Source: Acholeplasmataceae bacterium (GTDB lineage Bacteria > Bacillota_I > Bacilli_A > Acholeplasmatales > Acholeplasmataceae). Taken from it: DNA of 64,000 nt. The notes below the pieces were generated by a model. It was given only the letters and a program-made list of their open reading frames with translations. It was not told the origin of the DNA and searched no databases. The position numbers and the translations under genes were made by a program. Position 1 is the first letter of the stretch. Each line of letters opens with the position of its first letter. The stretch is from contig JBAZCK010000001.1 of NCBI GenBank assembly GCA_041654955.1, positions 57,879 to 121,878 of the forward strand, given 5' to 3'. Below are positions 10,406 to 19,226 of the stretch, in pieces.

Positions 10406-10465
10406 TTTACAAATCTTAGTTTAAATGTTAAACTATATATAGTAAAAAACGTGTAAACCCTTACA
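10406..10465 (+). promoter_or_regulatory. Sugar ABC operon promoter with putative XylR operator and cre-like site
   Basis: TTTACA(10406)-17 bp-TAAACT(10429). Perfect inverted repeat TAGTTTAA-atg-TTAAACTA 10417-10435. TGTAAACCCTTACA 10452-10465. Confidence 0.8.
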
Positions 10466-10511
10466 TTGAATATAGATGTTCAGTGATTACTGAATAACGA
10501 GGTGAACAATT

Positions 10512-12035
10512 TTGCAAAAAAATAAAATTTTAGAGATGAGAGCAATAACGAAAACGTTCCCTGGGGTAAAAGCATTAGATGAAGTCGATCTTTACGTAGA
10601 TGAAGGTGAAATTCATTTTATTGTGGGAGAAAACGGTGCTGGTAAATCAACACTTATGAAAGTATTAAGTGGTATTTATCATCATGGTACCTACTCAGGT
10701 GATGTCGTCTTCGATGGAAGAATACAACATTTTCACGGGATCAAGGATTCGGTTAATGCTGGTATTGTTATCATCAATCAAGAATTAGCATTATTCCCGG
10801 ACTTATCTGTTTATGAAAATATATTTGTCGGCCATGAGAAGACAATATCAAATCAGTTTATGGATTGGGCGATGACAAAAAAGTTAGCTACAAAATACTT
10901 AGACATGGTTGGACTTAAGAAAGTTGATATGTATGATCATGTGGGTATGTATGGTGTTGGTGTTCAACAACTTGTTGAAATCGCTAAAGCATTAAGCCAA
11001 AATGTTAAATTATTGATCTTAGATGAACCTACCGCAGCACTTAATGAAGATGATAGTGCAAATCTATTAAAACTTATTGTAGATTTAAAGAAAAAAGGTA
11101 TTACATCGATTATGATTTCTCATAAGCTTAAAGAAGTTGAAGCAATCGCTGATTCTCTAACAGTCTTAAGAGATGGTAAAGTTATTTGTAGAATGGATAA
11201 AGAACAAATTAATGAACAAGAAATCATTAAACATATGGTTGGTCGAGAAATTTCAGATATATTTCCAAAAAGACCAAAATTTGAAGGTGATGAAGTTGTT
11301 TTTGAAACAGTTCATTATAATGCATTTGATACAAATAAAAATAGATATGTCGTTTCAAATTCAAATATTAAAGTTAAAAAAGGTGAAGTCGTTGGTATTG
11401 CAGGCCTAATGGGGGCAGGTAGAACGGAATTAGCCTTAAGTATATTCGGTAATTCTAGAAATTATAAGAAATCTGGAAGTACTGTAGTATTTGGAAAAGT
11501 AGTAAACTTATCAACTCCATCAAAAGCAATTCGTGAAGGTATTGCTTATGTTTCTGAAGATAGAAAACGTGATGGGTTAATTTTAGGAGAAGATATTGGA
11601 CAAAATATTACTATATCGGATCTTAAAAAAATATCTAGATCAGGGTTCCTAAATTTTCCAAAACAATCGATTCAAGCAGAAAAATATGTTAAAGACTTGA
11701 ATATAAAAACACCATCAATATTCCAAAAAGCAAAGAATCTTAGTGGTGGTAATCAACAAAAAGTTCAAGTTGCAAAATGGTTGTTTGCAGAACCTAGAAT
11801 ATTAATTTTAGATGAACCAACTAGAGGTATTGATGTTGGTGCAAAATATGAAATCTACACAATTATCAACCAACTTGTAGCAAACGGAATGAGCATCATC
11901 ATGATTTCATCAGAACTTCCTGAAATTATGGGTATGTGTGATCGAGTTTATGTTATTGCTGAAGGTGTTCAAACCGCTGAGTTTAACATTGAAGATGCAA
12001 CTCCAGAAAAAATCTTAGCGAAGGCAACATTATAG
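10512..12035 (+). CDS. Xylose/multiple-sugar ABC transporter ATP-binding protein (XylG/GguA-like)
   Basis: Tandem NBDs, GENGAGKS, LSGGNQQK, DEPTRGIDVG; TTG start. Confidence 0.92.
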   Translation: MQKNKILEMRAITKTFPGVKALDEVDLYVDEGEIHFIVGENGAGKSTLMKVLSGIYHHGTYSGDVVFDGRIQHFHGIKDSVNAGIVIINQELALFPDLSVYENIFVGHEKTISNQFMDWAMTKKLATKYLDMVGLKKVDMYDHVGMYGVGVQQLVEIAKALSQNVKLLILDEPTAALNEDDSANLLKLIVDLKKKGITSIMISHKLKEVEAIADSLTVLRDGKVICRMDKEQINEQEIIKHMVGREISDIFPKRPKFEGDEVVFETVHYNAFDTNKNRYVVSNSNIKVKKGEVVGIAGLMGAGRTELALSIFGNSRNYKKSGSTVVFGKVVNLSTPSKAIREGIAYVSEDRKRDGLILGEDIGQNITISDLKKISRSGFLNFPKQSIQAEKYVKDLNIKTPSIFQKAKNLSGGNQQKVQVAKWLFAEPRILILDEPTRGIDVGAKYEIYTIINQLVANGMSIIMISSELPEIMGMCDRVYVIAEGVQTAEFNIEDATPEKILAKATL

Positions 12036-12045
12036 AGGTGAAAAT

Positions 12046-13608
12046 ATGAAAAAAATAAATCCAATACAAAAATACTTCTTAACGATGGGATCCATGTTAA
12101 GAACAAATATTCGTGACTATGGTATGTACATCGCATTAGGAGTGATATTCATTGTCTTCTCTATAATGACTGGTGGTAACTTTTTAAAACCAAACAACTT
12201 TACGAATTTACTTAACCAAACAGCTTATGTATCTGTACTTGCGGTTGGTATGACATTAGTTATTGTCACCAGACAGATTGACTTATCGGTTGGGTATTTA
12301 GGGGCATTCTTAGGAGCTTATGTCGTTGTTGCTGTTGAAGTAAACGGACAAAGTATTATCACAGCAGTTATAGCGGCTTTAATCATCACTATATTTGTTG
12401 GTTTTGTTAAAGGTTTCTTAGTTGCGAAAATAAAGATTCCAGCATTTGTTGTAACATTAGCAGGTATGTTTATTTTCAAAGGCTTCTTAATGCTTAAAAC
12501 CAATAATAGAACAATTCCAACATCTAATTCATTCTTTAATAAAATTGGTGTAGGTTATTTGACTGAAAATACTGTCGGTACAGTAGATACACTTACTGCT
12601 ATTGTTGGTGCTATATTGATTATATTACTCATTGTATTTGGTATCTATAAACGATTTAAAAATAAACGTTTAGGCATACCTTTAGAAAAAATAGAACTAT
12701 TTGTTACTAAAACAATTATTATGTCAGGTTTGATATTCTTCATCGCTTATACATTATCTAGATTTAGAGGGATTTCATTCTTATTATTAATTACAGCAGT
12801 TATCGTTGTGATTTATCACATCTTTACGACTCAAACGGTATTAGGTAGAAGAATATATGCTGTGGGTGGTAACCCAGAAGCAGCAGAATTATCTGGTATT
12901 AGTGTTGAAAAAATATTAATTATTGTCTTTATTTCAATGGGTATCTTAGCGTTATTCTCTGGTGTCATGTATGCATCAATGCTTCAAAACACATCACCAA
13001 ATCATGGACCATTTTGGGAACTTTATGCGATTGCTGCAGCCTATATTGGTGGAACAAGTGCTAATGGTGGTGTTGGTAAAGTTGTTAACGCATTTATTGG
13101 ATCAGTTGTTATCATGTCACTTAAAAATGGTATGGCATTAGCAGCTGTTAACTCAAACATCGAACCAATTGTATTAGGGTCAGTTTTATTATTAGCTGTA
13201 ATCTTTGACGTTTATACTAGAAATGTTAGAGGTGCAGATATGATTGGTATGCACTATGCGAAAAGAGAGTATAGAAAAGAGTTTAGGGCAGCTAAAGAAA
13301 ATTTATTAAAAGCAAAACATGCTTTAAATGCTGCTAAAGCTAAAGAAAAGAAAGAAGTCATTGAAACTTATAAAGTTAAGTTTGATCAACTAAAGAAACA
13401 ACAAACTGAAAGAAATAAATTGGCAAACAAGAAATCTTTAAGAGATTTAAAACAAGAGTTTAAGAGAGAAAAAGAAGCAAACAGTCCTGAAATCATCGAA
13501 CTTGAATATCAATATACAAGTGCACTTGGAGAATATAATAGAATTAAAGATACTATTAGAAGTGCAACAGAAGATGATTACATATTGACTAAAAAGGTTA
13601 CAAATTAA
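12046..13608 (+). CDS. Sugar ABC transporter permease (XylH/GguB-like) with long charged C-terminal extension
   Basis: IDLSVG, IPAFVVTL, YAVGGNPEAAELSG, AAAYIGG. Confidence 0.9.
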   Translation: MKKINPIQKYFLTMGSMLRTNIRDYGMYIALGVIFIVFSIMTGGNFLKPNNFTNLLNQTAYVSVLAVGMTLVIVTRQIDLSVGYLGAFLGAYVVVAVEVNGQSIITAVIAALIITIFVGFVKGFLVAKIKIPAFVVTLAGMFIFKGFLMLKTNNRTIPTSNSFFNKIGVGYLTENTVGTVDTLTAIVGAILIILLIVFGIYKRFKNKRLGIPLEKIELFVTKTIIMSGLIFFIAYTLSRFRGISFLLLITAVIVVIYHIFTTQTVLGRRIYAVGGNPEAAELSGISVEKILIIVFISMGILALFSGVMYASMLQNTSPNHGPFWELYAIAAAYIGGTSANGGVGKVVNAFIGSVVIMSLKNGMALAAVNSNIEPIVLGSVLLLAVIFDVYTRNVRGADMIGMHYAKREYRKEFRAAKENLLKAKHALNAAKAKEKKEVIETYKVKFDQLKKQQTERNKLANKKSLRDLKQEFKREKEANSPEIIELEYQYTSALGEYNRIKDTIRSATEDDYILTKKVTN

Positions 13609-13665
13609 TTAGTTTATAATGGTGCATAAGCACTAAATTATATAAAAAAAGGAGAAGAAAGAAAA

Positions 13666-14850
13666 ATGAAGAGAATTTTTACATTAATTCTTGCAGTAGT
13701 AGTTGTATTGTCTTTAGCTGCTTGTGGTGGTAAAGAGATCAAAATTGGTGTCGTACTTCCAGATGCTTCTGAAGAAAGATGGGCAAATCAAGATGGCGCA
13801 TTCTTTAAAGAAGAATTAGACAAACTTGGTGAAGGTTATGAATATGAGATTTTATTCTCAGATGGTGATGAAGCTAAAGAAAAACAAAATGTTGAAGCTT
13901 TAATCGCTAATGGCGCAGAAGTAATTATTATTACTGTTGAAGGTTCTGGTGCAGGTGCTGTTCAAGCTGCTCAAGAAGCTGGCGTTACATTAATCGCTCA
14001 TGACCGTATGGCAAAAAGTTCAACTGAAACAGCTGATTTCTACACAACTTTCAATAGTTGGAATGTAGGTAAAGCTATGGGTAAACACTTAGTTGACGAA
14101 GCTAAAGCAGAAGGTTATACTTCAACTAACAAAGCTGACTTAGCTATCTTTGCTGGTAGAGTTGCTGACTGGCCAAATGCTACTTATTTCTTTGGTGGTG
14201 CTATGGAAGAAATTCAACCAAACTTAGACATCTTTAATATTATCAATATTAATGATGATTTCAGTGATTTAGCATTCTATACAGAAGCTACATTTAATGA
14301 TGCTGCTAAAGCTGCATTACAAGCTGCTATGAATCCAGTTGACACTGACTGGAATGCTGAAACAGCTGGTACTAAAGCTGCTGCATTAGTATCCAATTTA
14401 GAAAGTAAGAATCTTAAGACTAGTGACGATGTATTCGTATTAGCTCCAAATGATGACACTTCAGCTGCAATTCGTCAAGAATTCGCTAAAATGGCTAATG
14501 AATATGATGGATACTATACAACTGGTCAAGATGCTTCAGACGTTGCATTAGCTAGTTTACTAGGCGACGAAGTAAATGGTAAAGGCGTTCAAACTATGAC
14601 AGTATTTAAAGATACTCATAAATTAGTTATTAACTCAGTTACTATTGCTAAAAACGTAATTGATGGTAAAGATGGATTAACTGGTTTAACTGGTGGTCCA
14701 GAAATCGATGGTGTACCAACTGCGTATACTTTAATTGATACTTTAACTATTGATGACAAACAAAATACTTATGACTTGATCTTCAAGACTGGTTATAAGA
14801 AAGAAGATAACTCTACATTCGCTAATATCGATTTTGATGAATACAAGTAA
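13666..14850 (+). CDS. Sugar ABC substrate-binding lipoprotein (XylF/ChvE-like)
   Basis: Lipobox LAAC, ERW, AHDR, APNDD, TGQD, MTVFKD. Confidence 0.88.
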   Translation: MKRIFTLILAVVVVLSLAACGGKEIKIGVVLPDASEERWANQDGAFFKEELDKLGEGYEYEILFSDGDEAKEKQNVEALIANGAEVIIITVEGSGAGAVQAAQEAGVTLIAHDRMAKSSTETADFYTTFNSWNVGKAMGKHLVDEAKAEGYTSTNKADLAIFAGRVADWPNATYFFGGAMEEIQPNLDIFNIININDDFSDLAFYTEATFNDAAKAALQAAMNPVDTDWNAETAGTKAAALVSNLESKNLKTSDDVFVLAPNDDTSAAIRQEFAKMANEYDGYYTTGQDASDVALASLLGDEVNGKGVQTMTVFKDTHKLVINSVTIAKNVIDGKDGLTGLTGGPEIDGVPTAYTLIDTLTIDDKQNTYDLIFKTGYKKEDNSTFANIDFDEYK

Positions 14851-14874
14851 TAAGAGTTAACACAATTTAACAAG

Positions 14875-14910
14875 TAAAGCATTCTAGATTCTAGGGTGCT
14901 TTATTTTTTT
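14875..14910 (+). terminator. Intrinsic terminator of the sugar ABC operon
   Basis: TAAAGCATTCTAG-att-CTAGGGTGCTTTA followed by a T run. Confidence 0.8.
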
Positions 14911-14911
14911 A

Positions 14912-14967
14912 TTGATAAATTTAAAATCATATGCTATACTGAATATAGAATTAAGGCTAACCTTAAT
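14912..14967 (+). promoter_or_regulatory. ZIP-mntR promoter with DtxR/MntR-type operator
   Basis: TTGATA-17 bp-TATACT with extended TG; palindrome ATTAAGG-CTAA-CCTTAAT 14950-14967 just after the predicted start site. Confidence 0.7.
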
Positions 14968-14992
14968 AAAATATAAATGAATAGGTGATTAT

Positions 14993-15817
14993 ATGTTAAA
15001 TTGGTTTATGGATTTAAATCCAGTTGTCCAAGCTTTACTTGGGACATTGTTTACTTGGGGGTTAACTGCAGCAGGGGCTGCATTAGTTTATTTTTTTAAA
15101 ACGATTAATAGAAATGTATTTAATTTAATGCTTGGATTTGCATCAGGGGTTATGATTGCTGCCAGCTTCTGGTCTTTATTAGCACCAGCAATTGATATGG
15201 CAAATGAACAAGGTGCAATCTCATGGCTTGTTGTTGCGATAGGCTTTGCCTTAGGTGGAGTATTCTTATATATTGCAGATAAAACTGTACCACATATGCA
15301 TTTTGGGATGAATCATGATAAAGAAGGGATTCCTACAAAGTTAAAAAGAAATATATTATTAGTCTTTTCGATTACGCTTCATAATATTCCTGAAGGTTTA
15401 GCTGTAGGTGTTGCTTTTGGAGCTGTACAATATACAACAGGTGATCCTTTAGCTGCAACTCTTTCTGCCATTGGACTTGCATTAGGTATTGGGATCCAAA
15501 ACTTTCCTGAAGGTGCTGCAGTATCTATTCCGCTTAGACAAGAAGGTCTATCTAGAAATAAAGCCTTTTTCTTAGGACAACTTTCAGGAATTGTAGAACC
15601 GATTGCTGGGGTTTTAGGTGCAGTACTTGTACTTAGTGTAAGTAAAGTGCTACCTTATGCGTTAGCTTTTGCTGCAGGTGCTATGATTTATGTAGTTGTT
15701 GAAGAGCTTATTCCAGAGGCACAACAAAAAGTAACGCCAAAAGGTGCACATTATGCAACCTTTGGAGTCATGATTGGATTTATCATCATGATGATGCTAG
15801 ATGTAGCATTAGGTTAA
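14993..15817 (+). CDS. ZIP (GufA/ZupT) family metal transporter
   Basis: HNIPEG and QNFPEG metal motifs, EELIPE. Confidence 0.93.
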   Translation: MLNWFMDLNPVVQALLGTLFTWGLTAAGAALVYFFKTINRNVFNLMLGFASGVMIAASFWSLLAPAIDMANEQGAISWLVVAIGFALGGVFLYIADKTVPHMHFGMNHDKEGIPTKLKRNILLVFSITLHNIPEGLAVGVAFGAVQYTTGDPLAATLSAIGLALGIGIQNFPEGAAVSIPLRQEGLSRNKAFFLGQLSGIVEPIAGVLGAVLVLSVSKVLPYALAFAAGAMIYVVVEELIPEAQQKVTPKGAHYATFGVMIGFIIMMMLDVALG

Positions 15818-15835
15818 GAAAGAAGGTATGTTTAA

Positions 15836-16492
15836 GTGTTAAATAGAGCTGAAGAAGATTATATAAAAGCAATCTATGAATTAACCATACAAAATGAAAG
15901 AGATTTAGTAAAAAGCAATGAAATATCTGAATATTTTGGTTATTCTGATCAATCAATTAATGAAATGATCAAAAAATTAAATACTAAAAAACTTGTTACA
16001 TTTAAACCTTATGTAGGTATATCTTTAACCAACAAAGGTAAAAAAGAAGCGATTAGAATGATTAGAGCTCATCGTATTTGGGAAGTTTTTCTTACCGATA
16101 AACTAGGGTTTTCATGGGAAAATGTTCATGAAGATGCTGAAAAACTAGAACATGCAACAAGTGATGAAGTATTAAATCGTCTTTATGAATTTATAGGAAA
16201 ACCAGATTATTGCCAACACGGAAATCCAATTCCTGATGTATCCGGACACATTAAAAAATCATCAACAATTTCATTATTCTCATGTGAAGTTGGTCAAACT
16301 TTTAAAATGACAAGAGTCTTAGATTTTAAAGCATTACTTGTGTATTTAAATGAAGAAGGTATTAAACTAAATGATGAAATCACTATTAAAGAAAAAGATT
16401 TATTTAATGGTATTATAAAAATAAGCCATCATGATAGACTTGTAACAATGTCTATTAAAACAGCAAAAATGTTGTTTGGTGAAGTTATATAA
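15836..16492 (+). CDS. DtxR/MntR family metal-dependent repressor with FeoA-like C-terminus
   Basis: EDYIKAIY, HRIWEVFL, AEKLEH, CQHGNPIP; GTG start. Confidence 0.92.
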   Translation: MLNRAEEDYIKAIYELTIQNERDLVKSNEISEYFGYSDQSINEMIKKLNTKKLVTFKPYVGISLTNKGKKEAIRMIRAHRIWEVFLTDKLGFSWENVHEDAEKLEHATSDEVLNRLYEFIGKPDYCQHGNPIPDVSGHIKKSSTISLFSCEVGQTFKMTRVLDFKALLVYLNEEGIKLNDEITIKEKDLFNGIIKISHHDRLVTMSIKTAKMLFGEVI

Positions 16493-16519
16493 TTTGGATA
16501 TATAAAGGAGGCAAGTTAT

Positions 16520-17836
16520 ATGTTAAAAGATCTTTTACAAAAAGATAAAAAACAAATACTAAATGAATTACAAGACATCCATGGATATGACTTAGCCCAG
16601 TCCTTTTTAGAGTTATCTGATGAAGAAAAAGAAAAATTATATAAAATAGTTAATAATGAAGTTCTTGCTGAGATCGTCTCTTATCTAGAACCAGATGTTG
16701 GGGCTTCTGTATTACTTGAGTTTGATCTTGTAAAACAAAAAGATCTTATAGAAAACATGGAACCTGATGATGCTGTTGATATTATCCAAGAGATGGACCA
16801 AGATGATCAAAATGCTTTATTATCTGTTTTAGATGATAAGGATGATGTCTTATCATTAATCCATTACGATGACGATGAAACTGGTTCTGCTATGACGAAT
16901 CTTTTGATTCGATTAAAAGCTGATTTAGATGTCAAACAAGCAACTAAAATTTTGATTAAACAAGCACCAGACGTAGAAACAATTTCTACGTTATTTGTTG
17001 TAGATGATGACGATAAATTTTTAGGTATTGTTGGCTTGAAAAAATTGTTAAAAGCGAAAATGCCGACAACTATTTTTGAACTTATTGAAGAACATCCATA
17101 TGTTTTTGATAAAGACCCTATTATAGAAACCATACGTAAAATTAGAAACTATGCAATTTATGAAATGCCAGTTTTAAATGAGGAACAAAAATTATTAGGT
17201 ATCGTAACACTAGATGACGCTCTAGATATTTATGAAGAAGAAGCTCAAGAAGATTTTGAAAAGTTAGCTGCTCTACCAGAAACGACTGATAAAAATATTT
17301 TTAAAACTGCTATGCATAGAATACCATGGCTTTTAATGCTACTTGCGATATCAATACCGATATCTTTAGTTACATCGATGTTTGAAGAGATTTTAGCTGC
17401 TGTTGCAGTTTTAATCATCTTTCAACCACTTATTTCTGGATCAGCCGGAAATGTAGCAACTCAGACATTAGCTGTTACTTTAAAAATGTTATCTAAAGAT
17501 GAAGGTGGGGTTGCAAAAAACTCATTAAGAGAAATTGTAACTGGCATGATCAATGGTTTAGTCATTGGGCTTGCAGCTTTTGGAATCACATTTATTTTCA
17601 CATCGATTAATAAATCTTTGACAGACATACCTTTAACGATTGCGCTTGTTGTTGGACTATCTTTATGGCTTACAGTGCTTATTGCACCTATGATAGCTGT
17701 TATTGTACCAATTACATTAAAACTCTTTAAAATAGACCCTGCAGTTGCTAGTGGACCATTTATAACAACGATTATTGATATATCAGCTATATCTTTATAT
17801 TTCGGTCTTGCTACACTTCTTATAGGAGGTGTGTAA
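16520..17836 (+). CDS. mgtE: Magnesium transporter MgtE (copy 1)
   Basis: MgtE N domain, CBS pair, AGNVATQ, DPAVASGPFITTIID. Confidence 0.9.
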   Translation: MLKDLLQKDKKQILNELQDIHGYDLAQSFLELSDEEKEKLYKIVNNEVLAEIVSYLEPDVGASVLLEFDLVKQKDLIENMEPDDAVDIIQEMDQDDQNALLSVLDDKDDVLSLIHYDDDETGSAMTNLLIRLKADLDVKQATKILIKQAPDVETISTLFVVDDDDKFLGIVGLKKLLKAKMPTTIFELIEEHPYVFDKDPIIETIRKIRNYAIYEMPVLNEEQKLLGIVTLDDALDIYEEEAQEDFEKLAALPETTDKNIFKTAMHRIPWLLMLLAISIPISLVTSMFEEILAAVAVLIIFQPLISGSAGNVATQTLAVTLKMLSKDEGGVAKNSLREIVTGMINGLVIGLAAFGITFIFTSINKSLTDIPLTIALVVGLSLWLTVLIAPMIAVIVPITLKLFKIDPAVASGPFITTIIDISAISLYFGLATLLIGGV

Positions 17837-17837
17837 G

Positions 17838-19175
17838 ATGCCCAAAAATATTAACTTTAAGCATAGTGATGCATTACTTAATAAAATGTTTGATGCGATT
17901 CACGGATATGATTTAGCACTTTTGTATCCAAATTTAGAATCTATTGAAAAAAAGCGTATGATTGAACTCATCAAAGATGATAAACTATCGGATATGTTTG
18001 TAGAACTAGAGCATATAGATCAATTAGATGTTTTAAGCTTTTTATCACAAGCAAAGCAAAAGCAACTTATTAAGAGTCTAGAAAGTGATGATTTAAAAGA
18101 GTTTATTGAAAATCTAGATCAAGAACAACAAAAAGAGTATTTAAAATATTTATCTAAAGTAAAAGCAAAAACTATTGAGCTTTTACTCACTTATGAAGAT
18201 GATCATGCAGCTTCCATTATGACCACAGATTTTATAACAATTGAAGATCATATGACCATAAAAGAAGCTACAAATAAAATAACGACAACTTCTAAAGACA
18301 ATGATTATATTGATACTATCTTTGTTGTTAATGAAAGAAAAGAACTGATTGGTTCAATTGATATCAAAGACTTGATAATCGCACGGTCAAACCAATCTCT
18401 AACACAAATGATTGAGGAAGAAGACTATTTTGTCTTAGAAAATGATTCTATTGAAAAAGCGATTGATATGGTCCAAGATTATGATAAAAATGCTATTCCC
18501 GTATTAGATCATCAACACCATATTATAGGGATTATTACTGCTGATGATATCTTTGATGAATTGATTGAAGATTATGATGATGATTATCAAAAAATAGCAC
18601 TTGTTCAAGATCATACTTCATCATTAACATCAATAGAACGTAGTAAACAAAGACTCCCCTGGCTATTTGTTGCTGTGTTATTAAATTTGATTACAGTGTC
18701 ACTTTTATCAATGTTTGAAGCTACTCTTGAAGCAGTTACTGTTTTAGTTTTATTTCAACCGATGATTTTAGGGATGGCAGGCAATATAGGCACGCAAAGT
18801 CTAGCAGTCACAATTTTAGGATTACATCAAGATCTTTTTGATCAAAAGCATAAAACTAAAAAACATATATTTAAAGAAATATCTATTGGACTACTTAATA
18901 GTTTTATTTTAGGAATGCTTGCGTTTTTATTTGTAACAACGCTATTATCAATTACGAATACTTCAAACCAATCAGCGTTTGATATAGCACAAGTTGTTGG
19001 TATAGCTATATTTAGTGCTATGAGTATTTCTTCAATGATGGGTGTTATCGTGCCGCTTACATTAGACCGATTTAAAATAGATCCTGCATCAGCATCTGGA
19101 CCTATTATGACTACGATTAATGATATTATTGCGCTTGTCTTATATTTTGGTATTGCGACAATTATGTTTTTATAA
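17838..19175 (+). CDS. mgtE: Magnesium transporter MgtE (copy 2)
   Basis: RLPWL, AGNIGTQ, DPASASGPIMTTIND. SD GGAGG precedes ATG 17838. Confidence 0.9.
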   Translation: MPKNINFKHSDALLNKMFDAIHGYDLALLYPNLESIEKKRMIELIKDDKLSDMFVELEHIDQLDVLSFLSQAKQKQLIKSLESDDLKEFIENLDQEQQKEYLKYLSKVKAKTIELLLTYEDDHAASIMTTDFITIEDHMTIKEATNKITTTSKDNDYIDTIFVVNERKELIGSIDIKDLIIARSNQSLTQMIEEEDYFVLENDSIEKAIDMVQDYDKNAIPVLDHQHHIIGIITADDIFDELIEDYDDDYQKIALVQDHTSSLTSIERSKQRLPWLFVAVLLNLITVSLLSMFEATLEAVTVLVLFQPMILGMAGNIGTQSLAVTILGLHQDLFDQKHKTKKHIFKEISIGLLNSFILGMLAFLFVTTLLSITNTSNQSAFDIAQVVGIAIFSAMSISSMMGVIVPLTLDRFKIDPASASGPIMTTINDIIALVLYFGIATIMFL

Positions 19176-19226
19176 AATCTCATACTTACTATGTTATAAT
19201 AAGTGGGTAGAAAGAAGGTATGAAAG

